A stretch of 64,000 nt of DNA from an uncultured Gammaproteobacteria bacterium (GTDB lineage Bacteria; Patescibacteriota; Patescibacteriia; Magasanikbacterales; UBA922), in assembly GCA_964344965.1 (NCBI GenBank), contig CAYFPJ010000001.1, positions 22,771 to 86,770 of the forward strand. The letters run 5' to 3'. Shown here one piece after another: positions 18,414-27,719 of the stretch. Within the stretch, counting starts at the first letter, position 1. Each line of letters starts with the position of its first letter. The notes below the pieces were generated by a model. That model worked only from the letters and a program-made list of their open reading frames with translations, had not been told where the DNA came from and searched no databases. The position numbers and the translations under genes were made by a program.

Positions 18414-19385
18414 TTATTTTAGAGTAATTAATACTACCTCCGGGGGATTAAACAATCTCGCCCTCGTCCCAGACTCTCCAGTACCACTACTGACAAACAA
18501 TTTAAAATTTTTAACATCGTGTAAACCCTGGTACCATTGTGCTGGGGTTTTATTATCTATTCTTCCAAGTGGCCCCAAAAAAGGCAGGCGGATTTGTCCA
18601 CCGTGGGTATGTCCTGACAGCATCAAGTCAAAGTGATAATTTGATAAATCTTCCAGAGCTGCAACTGGATTGTGGATGAGAGCAATGGTTGGGGTGGTAG
18701 AGCTTGATGCGTTTATGTTTTTCCAGTTCAAATTACCAGACCAAGGGGCGTCCCCACCAAAAATGTCAATTTCTTGATTATCTATTTTGATTGTTTCTAA
18801 TTCGTTTACCAGATATTTTATTTCTAAGCTTTCTATTTTTTCTTTGGCTTCTTTTGAAACATCGGCTATACGATATCGAGGGTCAGTCACTGCTTTGCCA
18901 GAGCCAATACCGTATTCATGGTTGCCATGAATAGCAAAGGTTGGAAATTTTTCTACTAATTTTTTTAAAGGATCTAACATTACTAGCTCTTCTTCAATAG
19001 ACAGACTATTGTCTACTTGATCTCCACCTAGTAGGACAATATCAGGATTGAGAGAAATAACTCTCTCTACTATTTTTTCTGTATTTTTTACGTTACGATA
19101 CTGTCCAACTTGCATGTCAGTCACCAGAACTATCTCTATTTCCTGACCTAGATTTTCTAAATCAATTGATACTTTGTTTGTTACCAGGAGATGTGGCTCT
19201 ATGAAGCTCCCATATACTAATATTGCTGTCCCAAATAGCAACATTGTAGACATTAGGACTGTAGATTTTTTATGCTTGTATTCCCATGATTTTTTGTCTC
19301 TATTTTTGTGATATAACAAAATAACGGCTGGGAGAGCCGTGATAATAATTCCGATAGTGATGAGAAGGTCAAAGTATTTTTTCAT
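18414..19385 (-). CDS. membrane-anchored calcineurin-like metallophosphoesterase (YkuE-like)
   Basis: Phosphoesterase motifs are present in order: GDQVD, GNHEY and GHTHGG. The start is chosen at MKKYFDLL because the longer track ORF runs in-frame through two tRNA-type sequences. Confidence 0.8.
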   Translation of the reverse strand: MKKYFDLLITIGIIITALPAVILLYHKNRDKKSWEYKHKKSTVLMSTMLLFGTAILVYGSFIEPHLLVTNKVSIDLENLGQEIEIVLVTDMQVGQYRNVKNTEKIVERVISLNPDIVLLGGDQVDNSLSIEEELVMLDPLKKLVEKFPTFAIHGNHEYGIGSGKAVTDPRYRIADVSKEAKEKIESLEIKYLVNELETIKIDNQEIDIFGGDAPWSGNLNWKNINASSSTTPTIALIHNPVAALEDLSNYHFDLMLSGHTHGGQIRLPFLGPLGRIDNKTPAQWYQGLHDVKNFKLFVSSGTGESGTRARLFNPPEVVLITLK

Positions 19386-19394
19386 GTTGTCTTG

Positions 19395-19473
19395 TGCCCG
19401 AGGAGAGAATCGAACTCTCACTCCCGAAGGAACACGATTTTGAGTCCCGCCTTCGCTAAAGCTACGGCGGGCA
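19395..19473 (-). tRNA. degenerate tRNA-like sequence (CUCAAAA loop, long variable arm, canonical T-arm) lacking a proper D-arm and acceptor pairing; possible pseudo-tRNA or integration scar
   Basis: Reverse complement: GCCCGCC...GGCGGGACTCAAAATCGTGTTCCTTCGGGAGTGAGAGTTCGATTCTCTCCTCGGGCA. The T-arm is perfect. The 5' GCCCGCC pairs locally with GGCGGGC instead of with the 3' end. Confidence 0.35.
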
Positions 19474-19495
19474 GGCGTGCGTTTAATTATTTTCG

Positions 19496-19579
19496 TGCCG
19501 AAGGAGGGACTTGAACCCTCAAGAGCTTGCGCTCGCAGCATTTTGAGTGCTGTGCGTTTACCAATTTCACCACTTCGGC
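19496..19579 (-). tRNA. tRNA-Leu (anticodon CAA)
   Basis: Reverse complement: GCCGAAGTGGTGAAATTGGTAAACGCACAGCACTCAAAATGCTGCGAGCGCAAGCTCTTGAGGGTTCAAGTCCCTCCTTCGGCA. Cloverleaf with long variable arm. Close to E. coli tRNA-Leu(CAA). CCA is not encoded. Confidence 0.8.
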
Positions 19580-19629
19580 ATATCACTTGAGCAAGGGATA
19601 TTATATATTTTATTGTTCATTTTGTCAAT

Positions 19630-20418
19630 TTGAGGTATAATATGCTACATATGTCCCGTGTTATAGCTATTGTCAACCAAAAAGGCGGAGTGGGAAAGAC
19701 CACGACAGCCATGAATTTGGCCGCTCATTTGGCTGAGCTTGGTAAATTTGTCTTACTCATAGATATGGATCCACAAGGTAATGCCAGTAGTGGACTTGGA
19801 TTTTCCAAAGACGATACACCTCATGGTATATACGAAGTTCTCGCTAGGCAAAAAAGAATGCATGATGTTGTTTTCAATACTGGACATGAGGGTCTGAGAA
19901 TAATTCCGGCTACTACCAATTTGGCTGGAGCGAACATAGAGCTGGTAGACATGGAAGATAGAGAGAGGCAACTCTTCAATTTGGTTGAAGAGGCTAAGCA
20001 CGCTTATGATTATATTATTATAGATTGTCCACCTTCTCTTGGTCTCCTTACAATCAATAGCTTGGTGGCTGCAGACGAACTTCTTATTCCTGTACAAGCA
20101 GAGTACTATGCTCTTGAAGGTCTTGGTCAACTTTTACAGACTATCAATTTAATTCAAGAACACATCAAGCCAGATCTGGGAATTCTTGGAGCAGTGATTA
20201 CTATGTTTGATAAGCGTACCAAGCTTTCTGGAGATGTCATGGATCAGCTATATCAGTATTTTCCAGATACCATATTCCGTTCTGTCATACCACGGACAGT
20301 CCGATTGGCAGAAGCTCCAAGTTTTGGTCAAACAATATTACAATACGATCCAAGAGGAAAAGGTTCGCGAGCCTATGAGAGGTTGGCTGTAGAAATTCTT
20401 GACAAACATAACAACTAA
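19630..20418 (+). CDS. parA: chromosome partitioning ATPase ParA/Soj
   Basis: Deviant Walker A IAIVNQKGGVGKTTTAMNLA and MDPQGN. The true start may be 19645 or 19651. Confidence 0.88.
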   Translation: MRYNMLHMSRVIAIVNQKGGVGKTTTAMNLAAHLAELGKFVLLIDMDPQGNASSGLGFSKDDTPHGIYEVLARQKRMHDVVFNTGHEGLRIIPATTNLAGANIELVDMEDRERQLFNLVEEAKHAYDYIIIDCPPSLGLLTINSLVAADELLIPVQAEYYALEGLGQLLQTINLIQEHIKPDLGILGAVITMFDKRTKLSGDVMDQLYQYFPDTIFRSVIPRTVRLAEAPSFGQTILQYDPRGKGSRAYERLAVEILDKHNN

Positions 20419-20457
20419 CAATTAACAACTAACAATCTTTGTCTGACTTGTTAATTG

Positions 20458-20604
20458 TTAAATCTTTAAGCGGTTTTATTCCTCGATGCTTGCATCGAAA
20501 AAGTGAAAACTAACATTGGTTGAAATAAGATTTTCTGCCAATACCCCGCAGCTTGCTGCGGGGATGGCCCGATGAAGTCTTACTTAAACCAAATTTACTT
20601 TTAT
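20458..20604. repeat. 147-bp element, copy A (exact duplicate of 27204-27350), ending 22 nt upstream of the parB ATG
   Basis: Identical sequence, read directly. Contains hairpins cgatg-cttg-catcg and ccccgcag-cttg-ctgcgggg (CUUG tetraloops). Confidence 0.85.
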
Positions 20605-20625
20605 TGTTAATTGTCAATTGTCATT

Positions 20626-21489
20626 ATGGCTTTAGGAAAAGGATTAAATTCTCTTATTCCACAATCTAAGTCTCGCAAAAGAATACGTAAGGAGACTAGC
20701 TCAGATAAAAATAATCATGAGCGTATTTGGTATATCCCTTTGTCAGAAATAACACCAAATAGTGAACAGCCTCGAAAGAATTTTTCTCACAAAGAGATCG
20801 AAGACTTGGTACAATCAATTAAAAAACACGGCATTTTACAACCCATTACCGTTACAGAAAAAGAAGACGGGGGGTATGAGCTTATTGCGGGGGAAAGAAG
20901 ATTGAGATCTTCTGAGATTGCGGGCTTGGCCACGATTCCAGCCATTGTGCGCAGTGCCACAAGTCAGGAAAAATTGGAGTTGGCTCTCATTGAAAATATT
21001 CAACGTCAAAATCTTGATCCAATCGAAGAGGCTTTTGCTTATCAGAGATTGATACAAGAGTTTGGGCTTACTCAGCAGGAAGTTTCTGCTCAGGTGGGCA
21101 AAAGTCGTCCTGTAATTGCCAATACTATTAGGTTGTTGGACTTGCCAGACAAGATTCAAAAAGCTTTGGTGGATAGGCAGATTAGTGTTGGGAAAGCAAG
21201 AGCATTGCTTAGTCTCAAAAGTGACAAAGAACAAATGAAAGTATTCATAGAAATGATAGGTCAAAAGGCTACTGTCCGTGATGTCGAAAAAGCTGTGGCT
21301 GCCAAGGGGCAGAGTTCACGCAAAGGTTCTGTGAGACGTGATCCTAATATCAGAGCTACAGAACAATTGATAGAAGAAAGAGTTGGTTCTAAAGTGCATA
21401 TTACCCAAAAGGGGGAGCGGGGTACTATAGTGATTGAGTATAACTCCAAAGGAGAGCTGAAGAGGATTGTGGAGGAGATAATCATTTGA
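20626..21489 (+). CDS. parB: chromosome partitioning protein ParB (Spo0J)
   Basis: ParB box GILQPITV...LIAGERRLRSSEIAG, HTH region. Start chosen at MALGKGLNSLIP. Confidence 0.88.
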   Translation: MALGKGLNSLIPQSKSRKRIRKETSSDKNNHERIWYIPLSEITPNSEQPRKNFSHKEIEDLVQSIKKHGILQPITVTEKEDGGYELIAGERRLRSSEIAGLATIPAIVRSATSQEKLELALIENIQRQNLDPIEEAFAYQRLIQEFGLTQQEVSAQVGKSRPVIANTIRLLDLPDKIQKALVDRQISVGKARALLSLKSDKEQMKVFIEMIGQKATVRDVEKAVAAKGQSSRKGSVRRDPNIRATEQLIEERVGSKVHITQKGERGTIVIEYNSKGELKRIVEEIII

Positions 21490-21530
21490 GGGCCCATGAT
21501 CTATGAACCAAGAACCATGAACTCCAATAA

Positions 21531-23009
21531 TCACTTGTTCGGTAACATGGATTTAATCCAGCCAGTTATTTTATTTTTTTGTGTAGTCTTGATGTGGGTT
21601 TTTGCAGTTGTTGTTTTTACAAAGGATAACCAGTCTGGATTTGGGCCTTTTCTATTTTTGTCTAGTATTATTTCTACTACATCACCATTCTTCAATTCAG
21701 TATCAAGACTTACCATCATGTCATTCACTAGAGCTCCGTTACACTTGTTGCCGACTTCTGTATGGATATGATATGCAAAGTCTACAGGACTAGCACCTTC
21801 TGGCAGGTCTATTACATCTCCTTTGGGGGTGAAGACAAAAATTCTGGTCTGCAAAAAATCTACTTTCATTTGTTCTAGGTCAGAAAGTTTGTTGAGCATG
21901 TCTTTTTGGATACTCACTAATTCTTTGATCCAGGCTATTTCTTTTTTTTGGGCTTTAGAACCATTTTCATCATAGTGCCAGTGTGCAGCTACACCATACT
22001 CTGCCTCTTCGTGCATTTCTGGTGTTCTGATTTGGAATTCAATAATATCTCCAGAGTCTCCAAAAACTGTGGTGTGGAGTGATTTGTAACCATTTGGTTT
22101 TGGTTGGGAGATATAATCCTTTATTCTTCCTTTCAGTGGTTTGTAAGTGTGGTGTAGTATTCCAAGAGTGGCGTAGCAGTCAGCTATGTTGGATACAATT
22201 ACTCTAATGGCAACTAGATCATATATTTTGGCAACAGAATTTTCTTTTCTAAGTAATTTTTTGTACAAACTGTACAGTCTTTTACTTCTGCCATAAATAG
22301 AGATTGTCTTTACGTTCGCCTCTTTGAATGCTTTTTCTGTTTTTTTGATTATATCTTTCAGGTATTGTTTTTTCCCCTTTATTTTTTCATCTCTGATTTT
22401 CTTCACCCTCTCATACTCCTTTGGATATACATACTTGAAGGACAAGTCTTCCAATTCTCCTTTCATTTCAGCCATCCCGAGACGGTTGGCAATCGAAGCA
22501 TATATCTCTAGACTTTCTAAGGCTATACGATATTTTTTTTGTGGAGGAAGGGCATCTAGAGTACTCAAATTATGAATTCTGTCTGCGAATTTTATAATCA
22601 TCACTCTTACATCTTCTGCCATGGCAATAAACATCTTTCTTAGATTTTCAATATATCTCTCTACCCCCCGATATTTTAGTTTCCCTAATTTTGTAATACC
22701 TCTTACTAATCCTTCTATCTCGCTGCCAAAATTTTTCCTTATATCTTCCAGTGTCACTTCGGTATCTTCTGGAACATCATGCAATAAGGTGGCTACGATA
22801 ATAGTCGGGTCAATTTTCATGTCTGCTAAAATGTGGGCTGCTGCCAAGGGGTGAGTGATGTATGGCTCTCCGGTACGCCTCTTTTGTCCTTCGTGAGCAG
22901 AGGCGGCAAAATCATAAGCAAGCTGGATCATGTCTAGATCAGCCTTGTCATGGTATTCTTTTATTTTCTCAAGCAATTTCTCAATTGTTTGTTTTTTGTG
23001 CTTGCTCAT
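21531..23009 (-). CDS. short RelA/SpoT homologue (HD hydrolase + synthetase + TGS, no C-terminal regulatory domains)
   Basis: HD motif (HDVPEDT), synthetase region (RSKRLYSLYKK...YKSLHTTV), TGS (IFVFTPKGDVIDLPEGASPVDFAYHIHTEVG). Only 492 aa. Confidence 0.85.
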   Translation of the reverse strand: MSKHKKQTIEKLLEKIKEYHDKADLDMIQLAYDFAASAHEGQKRRTGEPYITHPLAAAHILADMKIDPTIIVATLLHDVPEDTEVTLEDIRKNFGSEIEGLVRGITKLGKLKYRGVERYIENLRKMFIAMAEDVRVMIIKFADRIHNLSTLDALPPQKKYRIALESLEIYASIANRLGMAEMKGELEDLSFKYVYPKEYERVKKIRDEKIKGKKQYLKDIIKKTEKAFKEANVKTISIYGRSKRLYSLYKKLLRKENSVAKIYDLVAIRVIVSNIADCYATLGILHHTYKPLKGRIKDYISQPKPNGYKSLHTTVFGDSGDIIEFQIRTPEMHEEAEYGVAAHWHYDENGSKAQKKEIAWIKELVSIQKDMLNKLSDLEQMKVDFLQTRIFVFTPKGDVIDLPEGASPVDFAYHIHTEVGNKCNGALVNDMMVSLDTELKNGDVVEIILDKNRKGPNPDWLSFVKTTTAKTHIKTTQKNKITGWIKSMLPNK

Positions 23010-23080
23010 AATATTTCTATATTATATGAGGTTTGGTGTTTTGGCAAGGTGTAGACCTTATTTTTTTGCTAATTTAAGAT

Positions 23081-23120
23081 AAAAAAATAAAAACTCTTTA
23101 TGTATTTATAAAGAGTTTTG
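23081..23120 (-). terminator. rho-independent terminator-like hairpin (aaaactcttta/taaagagtttt) followed by a U-run on the minus strand, downstream of the topA operon
   Basis: 11-bp perfect stem plus T-run, seen directly. Confidence 0.4.
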
Positions 23121-23166
23121 TGCTTTATTCTTGAAGGTGGAAGTTTTGCTCTATCTATTTTGATGA

Positions 23167-24360
23167 TTATTGTAATTCTATTATGTCCTCTTCGATGTCA
23201 TATGCTATAGAAATATCCTCGTCACCGATATAAACTTCTTGATTTTTTGAATTTACATCAGAATTTCCCTCTTCTTTACTATGTATTTTTTTGGGAAGTA
23301 CTCTGCTTCTTTTTTTGATATATCCAGAGGGGGGATTATTTCGAGCCCCTAATGCCTCTATAAACATTTCCATGACAATTTTTGGACTAAAATATTCCCT
23401 CCCCCTTCCTATTTTACCGACCTTTACCCATTTATCTTTGTTATTTTTTCCACCTCCGTATGCCCATTTGACCACATCCAGAGCATCTAGCACTTCTTTC
23501 GCCTTAAGTGGACGATCTATTATTAATGGTGGATTTGGACCTGGGTAGTCAATTTCTTCTGTAGATTTTATTTTCATAATACTCTCTTTGTCCAACCAAC
23601 CTGAGGGTGGCTGATCTAACATTTTAATATGTTTGCCTCCTTCATATTTTTGTACCAAATATGTCAAAAGCTCGTCAACTTTTTCGTCTGGTATGGCAAA
23701 TAAATCATCATCATGCCCTGGGAACATTTTCGATCTTTCTTTAAAAGAGTTTTTTTCTATGATATTTATAAATTCTTGTTCTTTAAGAGAGGATGATATT
23801 AATTTTTGTAATCTTGTTTCCCAATTATCCTTACTGCCACCATTTGCTACTCTTTCCATAAACATTGACAAAAATGTTGAAGATGGTATCCACCCCTCTT
23901 CAATCGTGTGAGGAGCACTTTCTATTTTTTTTGCCAGACTTTCTGAGATATATACTTCTTTTGTGGTTGCGCTACTTCTGCCGTCCCCCTTTTTTCTTTC
24001 TGTACGAAATATCTTTATATCTGTAAGTAGGTCTTCTGCCCCTGCAATTTCTAGGAATCTTGTTTCTGTGATATGCATTTTTTTACAAAAGAAAACCATC
24101 GGTTCCCAACCTTCTGGAGCTGCCTCATTGATATCATTTATGTATGTTCGTAGCTCTTCAGCCTGAGCAGGCTTGATCAAAGCAGACATTTTCATTTGAC
24201 TTGTGATGTCAGCTGTCATTAACTTATATGCGTACAATAAGGTGGTAAAATCTACACCAAGCTCTCCTTGTAATTTTGTAACGAGGACACCTTTCTCTCT
24301 TTCTCTTTTTTGTGGTCTTTCTGCTACTGTTGGTGGTTTGTATATTCTTGCCCTTACCAT
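23167..24360 (-). CDS. hypothetical protein (397 aa) translationally coupled downstream of topA
   Basis: 9-nt gap after the topA stop. No recognisable domain. Confidence 0.55.
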   Translation of the reverse strand: MVRARIYKPPTVAERPQKREREKGVLVTKLQGELGVDFTTLLYAYKLMTADITSQMKMSALIKPAQAEELRTYINDINEAAPEGWEPMVFFCKKMHITETRFLEIAGAEDLLTDIKIFRTERKKGDGRSSATTKEVYISESLAKKIESAPHTIEEGWIPSSTFLSMFMERVANGGSKDNWETRLQKLISSSLKEQEFINIIEKNSFKERSKMFPGHDDDLFAIPDEKVDELLTYLVQKYEGGKHIKMLDQPPSGWLDKESIMKIKSTEEIDYPGPNPPLIIDRPLKAKEVLDALDVVKWAYGGGKNNKDKWVKVGKIGRGREYFSPKIVMEMFIEALGARNNPPSGYIKKRSRVLPKKIHSKEEGNSDVNSKNQEVYIGDEDISIAYDIEEDIIELQ

Positions 24361-24369
24361 ATGAGTGTA

Positions 24370-26643
24370 TTATTTTTTTGTTTTTTTACGACCTCTCTTC
24401 TTTGTGGGATTTTCTTTTAGCTCTATCTCACATTCTTCCAGTGTCAGATCTTTAGGCTCTTTGTCCTTGGGAATTTTGGCATTAGTATTCGTACTTGGGT
24501 CGGTGATGTATGGTCCATACCGGCCATTGAGGACTTGGATTTTGCTTCCTTCAAATGTCTTAATTATTTTTTCAGCCTCAGCTTTTTTCTTGGCAGCAAT
24601 TACTTCGAGAGCAGTTTCAATTTTTATGGTATAAGGATCTTCGTCTTTAATCGAATAAAATTTTCCTTCCACTTTCACATATGGACCGAATCTGCCAATA
24701 TTGGCGATTACTTCATTATCATTTTCATCTTTTCCTACCACCCTTGGGAGCTTGAAAAGTTCTAGAGCTTCTTCTAGAGTGACTGTGTCCACTCTTTGAC
24801 CCTTAGCAAGTTTGGCAAAGGCTGGTTTTTCTTCATCATCTTTGGTTCCTTTTTGGACAAATGCTCCGTATCGTCCGACTCGGGCGTAGATTGGTTTACC
24901 GCTCTTTGGATCAGCACCCAATTCTCGCATGGCCACTGTTTCTTCTTTGGTAAGGTTTTCAGTTTTGTCCACCAGATTCTCATGAAAGGGGTGGTAAAAT
25001 GTGGAGATGATTGGCTTCCAATCTTTTTCACCATCAGCAATAGCATCTAGATTATCTTCCATTTGAGCTGTAAATTTGTAATCTACAATGTTTGAAAAAT
25101 GTTCTACCAAGAGGTCATTGACCACAAAAGCAATATCGAGTGGTTCTAATTTTTTATTATCATCTCTCTCTACATAGCCGCGATTTTCAATAGTGCCAAT
25201 AGTCGGAGCATAGGTTGAAGGTCTTCCGATGCCATACTCTTCCATTGCTTTGACAAGTGTAGCGTCAGAATATCTGGCTGGTGGCTGGGTGAAGTGTTGC
25301 TCTGGCTTTAGTTCTTTGCAATCTACTGCATCTCCTTCAGATAGCTCTGGGAGCATTTCTTCTTTGGTTTGTTCTGGATATAGTTTGAGCCAACCTGGGA
25401 AAATGATAGTCTGACCACTAGTGCGGAACATATAATTTTTGGCAGTAGTGTCAATTGAAGTCCGATTCAATTTTGCTTCTGCCATCTGGGTGGCAAGAGC
25501 TCTTTTCCAAATCAGTGTATACACTTTTAGCTGCTTGTCATCGAGATGGGCTGACAGGAATTCTGGAGTCCAGGCAGGATTGGTCGGTCGGATTGCTTCG
25601 TGAGCTTCTTGTGCTCCTTTGGATTTTGTTTTGTATTTGCGAGGAGTTTTCAAAACATATTTATCACCATACTCTTTGCCAATAAAATTTTTAGCTTCAT
25701 CCAAAAATTTGGCTGATAAATTGACCGAGTCGGTACGCATGTAGGTGATGAGACCAGTCTGACCTTCTGCTCCAACATTTACACCTTCATACAGTTGCTG
25801 GGCAAGACGCATGGTCTGGCGAGCTGAATAACCACATTTATGACTAGCTTGTTGTTGCAAGGTTGAGGTTGTAAATGGAGGTGGGGGAGTGCGTTTTGTT
25901 TCTTTTTTGGCTACCTTGGCAATTTCATATTTGGCACCATCTAGATCAGCCAAGATTTCATCTACTCTTTTTTTATTACCAATTTCCAACTTGTCTAGTT
26001 TCTTATCATCGATAGAATGTAGCTTACCGACAAAGTCGTGTTTTTCTTTATTAAATATTCCTTGAACAGTCCAGTATTCTTCTTCTTTGAAAGCTTGTCT
26101 TTCACGCTCACGCTCCACAATCAATCGTACTGCAACAGACTGGACGCGACCAGCAGACAGTCCACGAGCCACCTTTTTCCATAAGAATGGAGAAAGTTCA
26201 TAACCAACCAGTCTGTCGAGCACTCGACGAGCTTGCTGAGCATCTACTAGTTTTTGGTTGATTGTACGAGGATTTTTCAAGGCTTCTTCGATGGCATGCT
26301 TGGTGATTTCATGAAAGGCTATCCTTTTTGCCTTACTTGGGTCTACATCAAGGATATGAGCTAAGTGCCAGGAGATAGCTTCTCCTTCGCGGTCTTCATC
26401 AGTAGCAAAGATGATTTCATCAGCTTTTTTGGCAAAGTCTTTGAGCTTTTTTACTTGTTTGGTTTTGTCCTTAGAAATAGCATAAGTAGGCTCAAAAGTA
26501 CCGCCTTCGATATCTACCCCCATCTTACTTTTCGGTAGATCTCGGAGATGCCCAAAAGAAGACTCTACTTTGTAGTCTTTGCCAAGGAATTTGGAGATTG
26601 TCTTGGCCTTGGTAGGGGACTCGACGATTACTAGTTTGGTCAT
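24370..26643 (-). CDS. topA: DNA topoisomerase I
   Basis: Toprim N-terminus (LVIVESPTKAKTI), active-site region (TYMRTDS), C-terminal Lys-rich tail. 757 aa. Confidence 0.92.
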   Translation of the reverse strand: MTKLVIVESPTKAKTISKFLGKDYKVESSFGHLRDLPKSKMGVDIEGGTFEPTYAISKDKTKQVKKLKDFAKKADEIIFATDEDREGEAISWHLAHILDVDPSKAKRIAFHEITKHAIEEALKNPRTINQKLVDAQQARRVLDRLVGYELSPFLWKKVARGLSAGRVQSVAVRLIVERERERQAFKEEEYWTVQGIFNKEKHDFVGKLHSIDDKKLDKLEIGNKKRVDEILADLDGAKYEIAKVAKKETKRTPPPPFTTSTLQQQASHKCGYSARQTMRLAQQLYEGVNVGAEGQTGLITYMRTDSVNLSAKFLDEAKNFIGKEYGDKYVLKTPRKYKTKSKGAQEAHEAIRPTNPAWTPEFLSAHLDDKQLKVYTLIWKRALATQMAEAKLNRTSIDTTAKNYMFRTSGQTIIFPGWLKLYPEQTKEEMLPELSEGDAVDCKELKPEQHFTQPPARYSDATLVKAMEEYGIGRPSTYAPTIGTIENRGYVERDDNKKLEPLDIAFVVNDLLVEHFSNIVDYKFTAQMEDNLDAIADGEKDWKPIISTFYHPFHENLVDKTENLTKEETVAMRELGADPKSGKPIYARVGRYGAFVQKGTKDDEEKPAFAKLAKGQRVDTVTLEEALELFKLPRVVGKDENDNEVIANIGRFGPYVKVEGKFYSIKDEDPYTIKIETALEVIAAKKKAEAEKIIKTFEGSKIQVLNGRYGPYITDPSTNTNAKIPKDKEPKDLTLEECEIELKENPTKKRGRKKTKK

Positions 26644-26807
26644 AAGGTCAGCAGATTAGGCAGAATATGCAGATCAAGCAGATTATGCCAGTCAAGTTTA
26701 CCTGATTTTAGGTAATTTATGCTTAGATCTTTTTTAGACTTTTAACAGCATAGTCGATATTGCACTGCATGTCAAATGGTGGTATTCTGTATTATGTAAT
26801 TTTTTAA

Positions 26808-27089
26808 TTGTATTTTCATATGGACAATCTAGGCATTGAGCAATCGAGAGTGAACGAAGTTCGTTCAGAAGTATCTAGTTTCATAAAAGATGTATCTGGT
26901 TCTGAGAGTGATATTTCTTTAGACAGTGTTATAAATGAGTTACTGTCAGAACCACGTCAAATATCTGATTTAGAGAGTAGAATAAATGCAGATTTTGGCA
27001 TCTCCTTTACAAGAGAGGAGATTGATAGTATTTCTACAGGTACAGTTGCTCAATTGATGGAGCTTGTCTCCAAAAAAATTGGGTGGTAG
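26808..27089 (+). CDS. small acidic protein with acyl-carrier-protein-like (PP-binding) features
   Basis: DISLDSV then ...ADFGISFTREEIDSISTGTVAQLMELV resembles the ACP DSLD / EEEFGI / helix-4 layout. Weak. Confidence 0.35.
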   Translation: MYFHMDNLGIEQSRVNEVRSEVSSFIKDVSGSESDISLDSVINELLSEPRQISDLESRINADFGISFTREEIDSISTGTVAQLMELVSKKIGW

Positions 27090-27203
27090 TATATATCGCA
27101 CCATATTGAGAGAAAGTAAATTTTAGATATATTTATATATCTCTTACGGAATATAGGATTAACTAACTAAATATATATTTTACATTAACTTTACTAAATA
27201 ATT

Positions 27204-27350
27204 TAAATCTTTAAGCGGTTTTATTCCTCGATGCTTGCATCGAAAAAGTGAAAACTAACATTGGTTGAAATAAGATTTTCTGCCAATACCCCGCAGCTTG
27301 CTGCGGGGATGGCCCGATGAAGTCTTACTTAAACCAAATTTACTTTTATT
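27204..27350. repeat. 147-bp element, copy B, ending 4 nt upstream of the ATG at 27354
   Basis: Exact duplicate of 20458-20604. Confidence 0.85.
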
Positions 27351-27353
27351 TAT

Positions 27354-27713
27354 ATGAAAAGAATGGACGCAGGGAAACCAAGAAAAAACGTTGATGCTCA
27401 AGAGTTGTCACATGGACATGTAAAAAGTAAAATTTTGGGTTTGACAAAATTTATAACTTCCAGTAGGGAAGGTCATATATTTCCGCAAGTAGATCAATCG
27501 CAATTGGTGCTTAACACTTTAGAAGAAGGTCGCGTCTTGGAAGATGCTGATTTAAGCTCAGTTGATTTGATATCATTTGTAGGTTCTATTGAAGAGGAGT
27601 TTGGTATTAATTTTGTTGGTCAGGAAATACACGGCTTACAACAATCAACTATAGATAAGATTGCTGAAAAAGTAATGGAAAAAATTAAAAATAAACCTAC
27701 TATGGATAGCTAG
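27354..27713 (+). CDS. acyl-carrier-protein-like protein (PP-binding domain with N-terminal extension)
   Basis: DADLSSVDLISFVGSIEEEFGINF...STIDKIAEKV aligns well with ACP [24 protein letters not shown]...helix 4. Confidence 0.5.
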   Translation: MKRMDAGKPRKNVDAQELSHGHVKSKILGLTKFITSSREGHIFPQVDQSQLVLNTLEEGRVLEDADLSSVDLISFVGSIEEEFGINFVGQEIHGLQQSTIDKIAEKVMEKIKNKPTMDS

Positions 27714-27719
27714 TGCTAG

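Noticed and set aside
19386-19586. N-terminal extension of the metallophosphoesterase ORF (track start 19586)
   Set aside because: The extension runs in-frame straight through the tRNA-Leu and tRNA-like sequences. The conserved protein begins at MKKYFDLL (19385).
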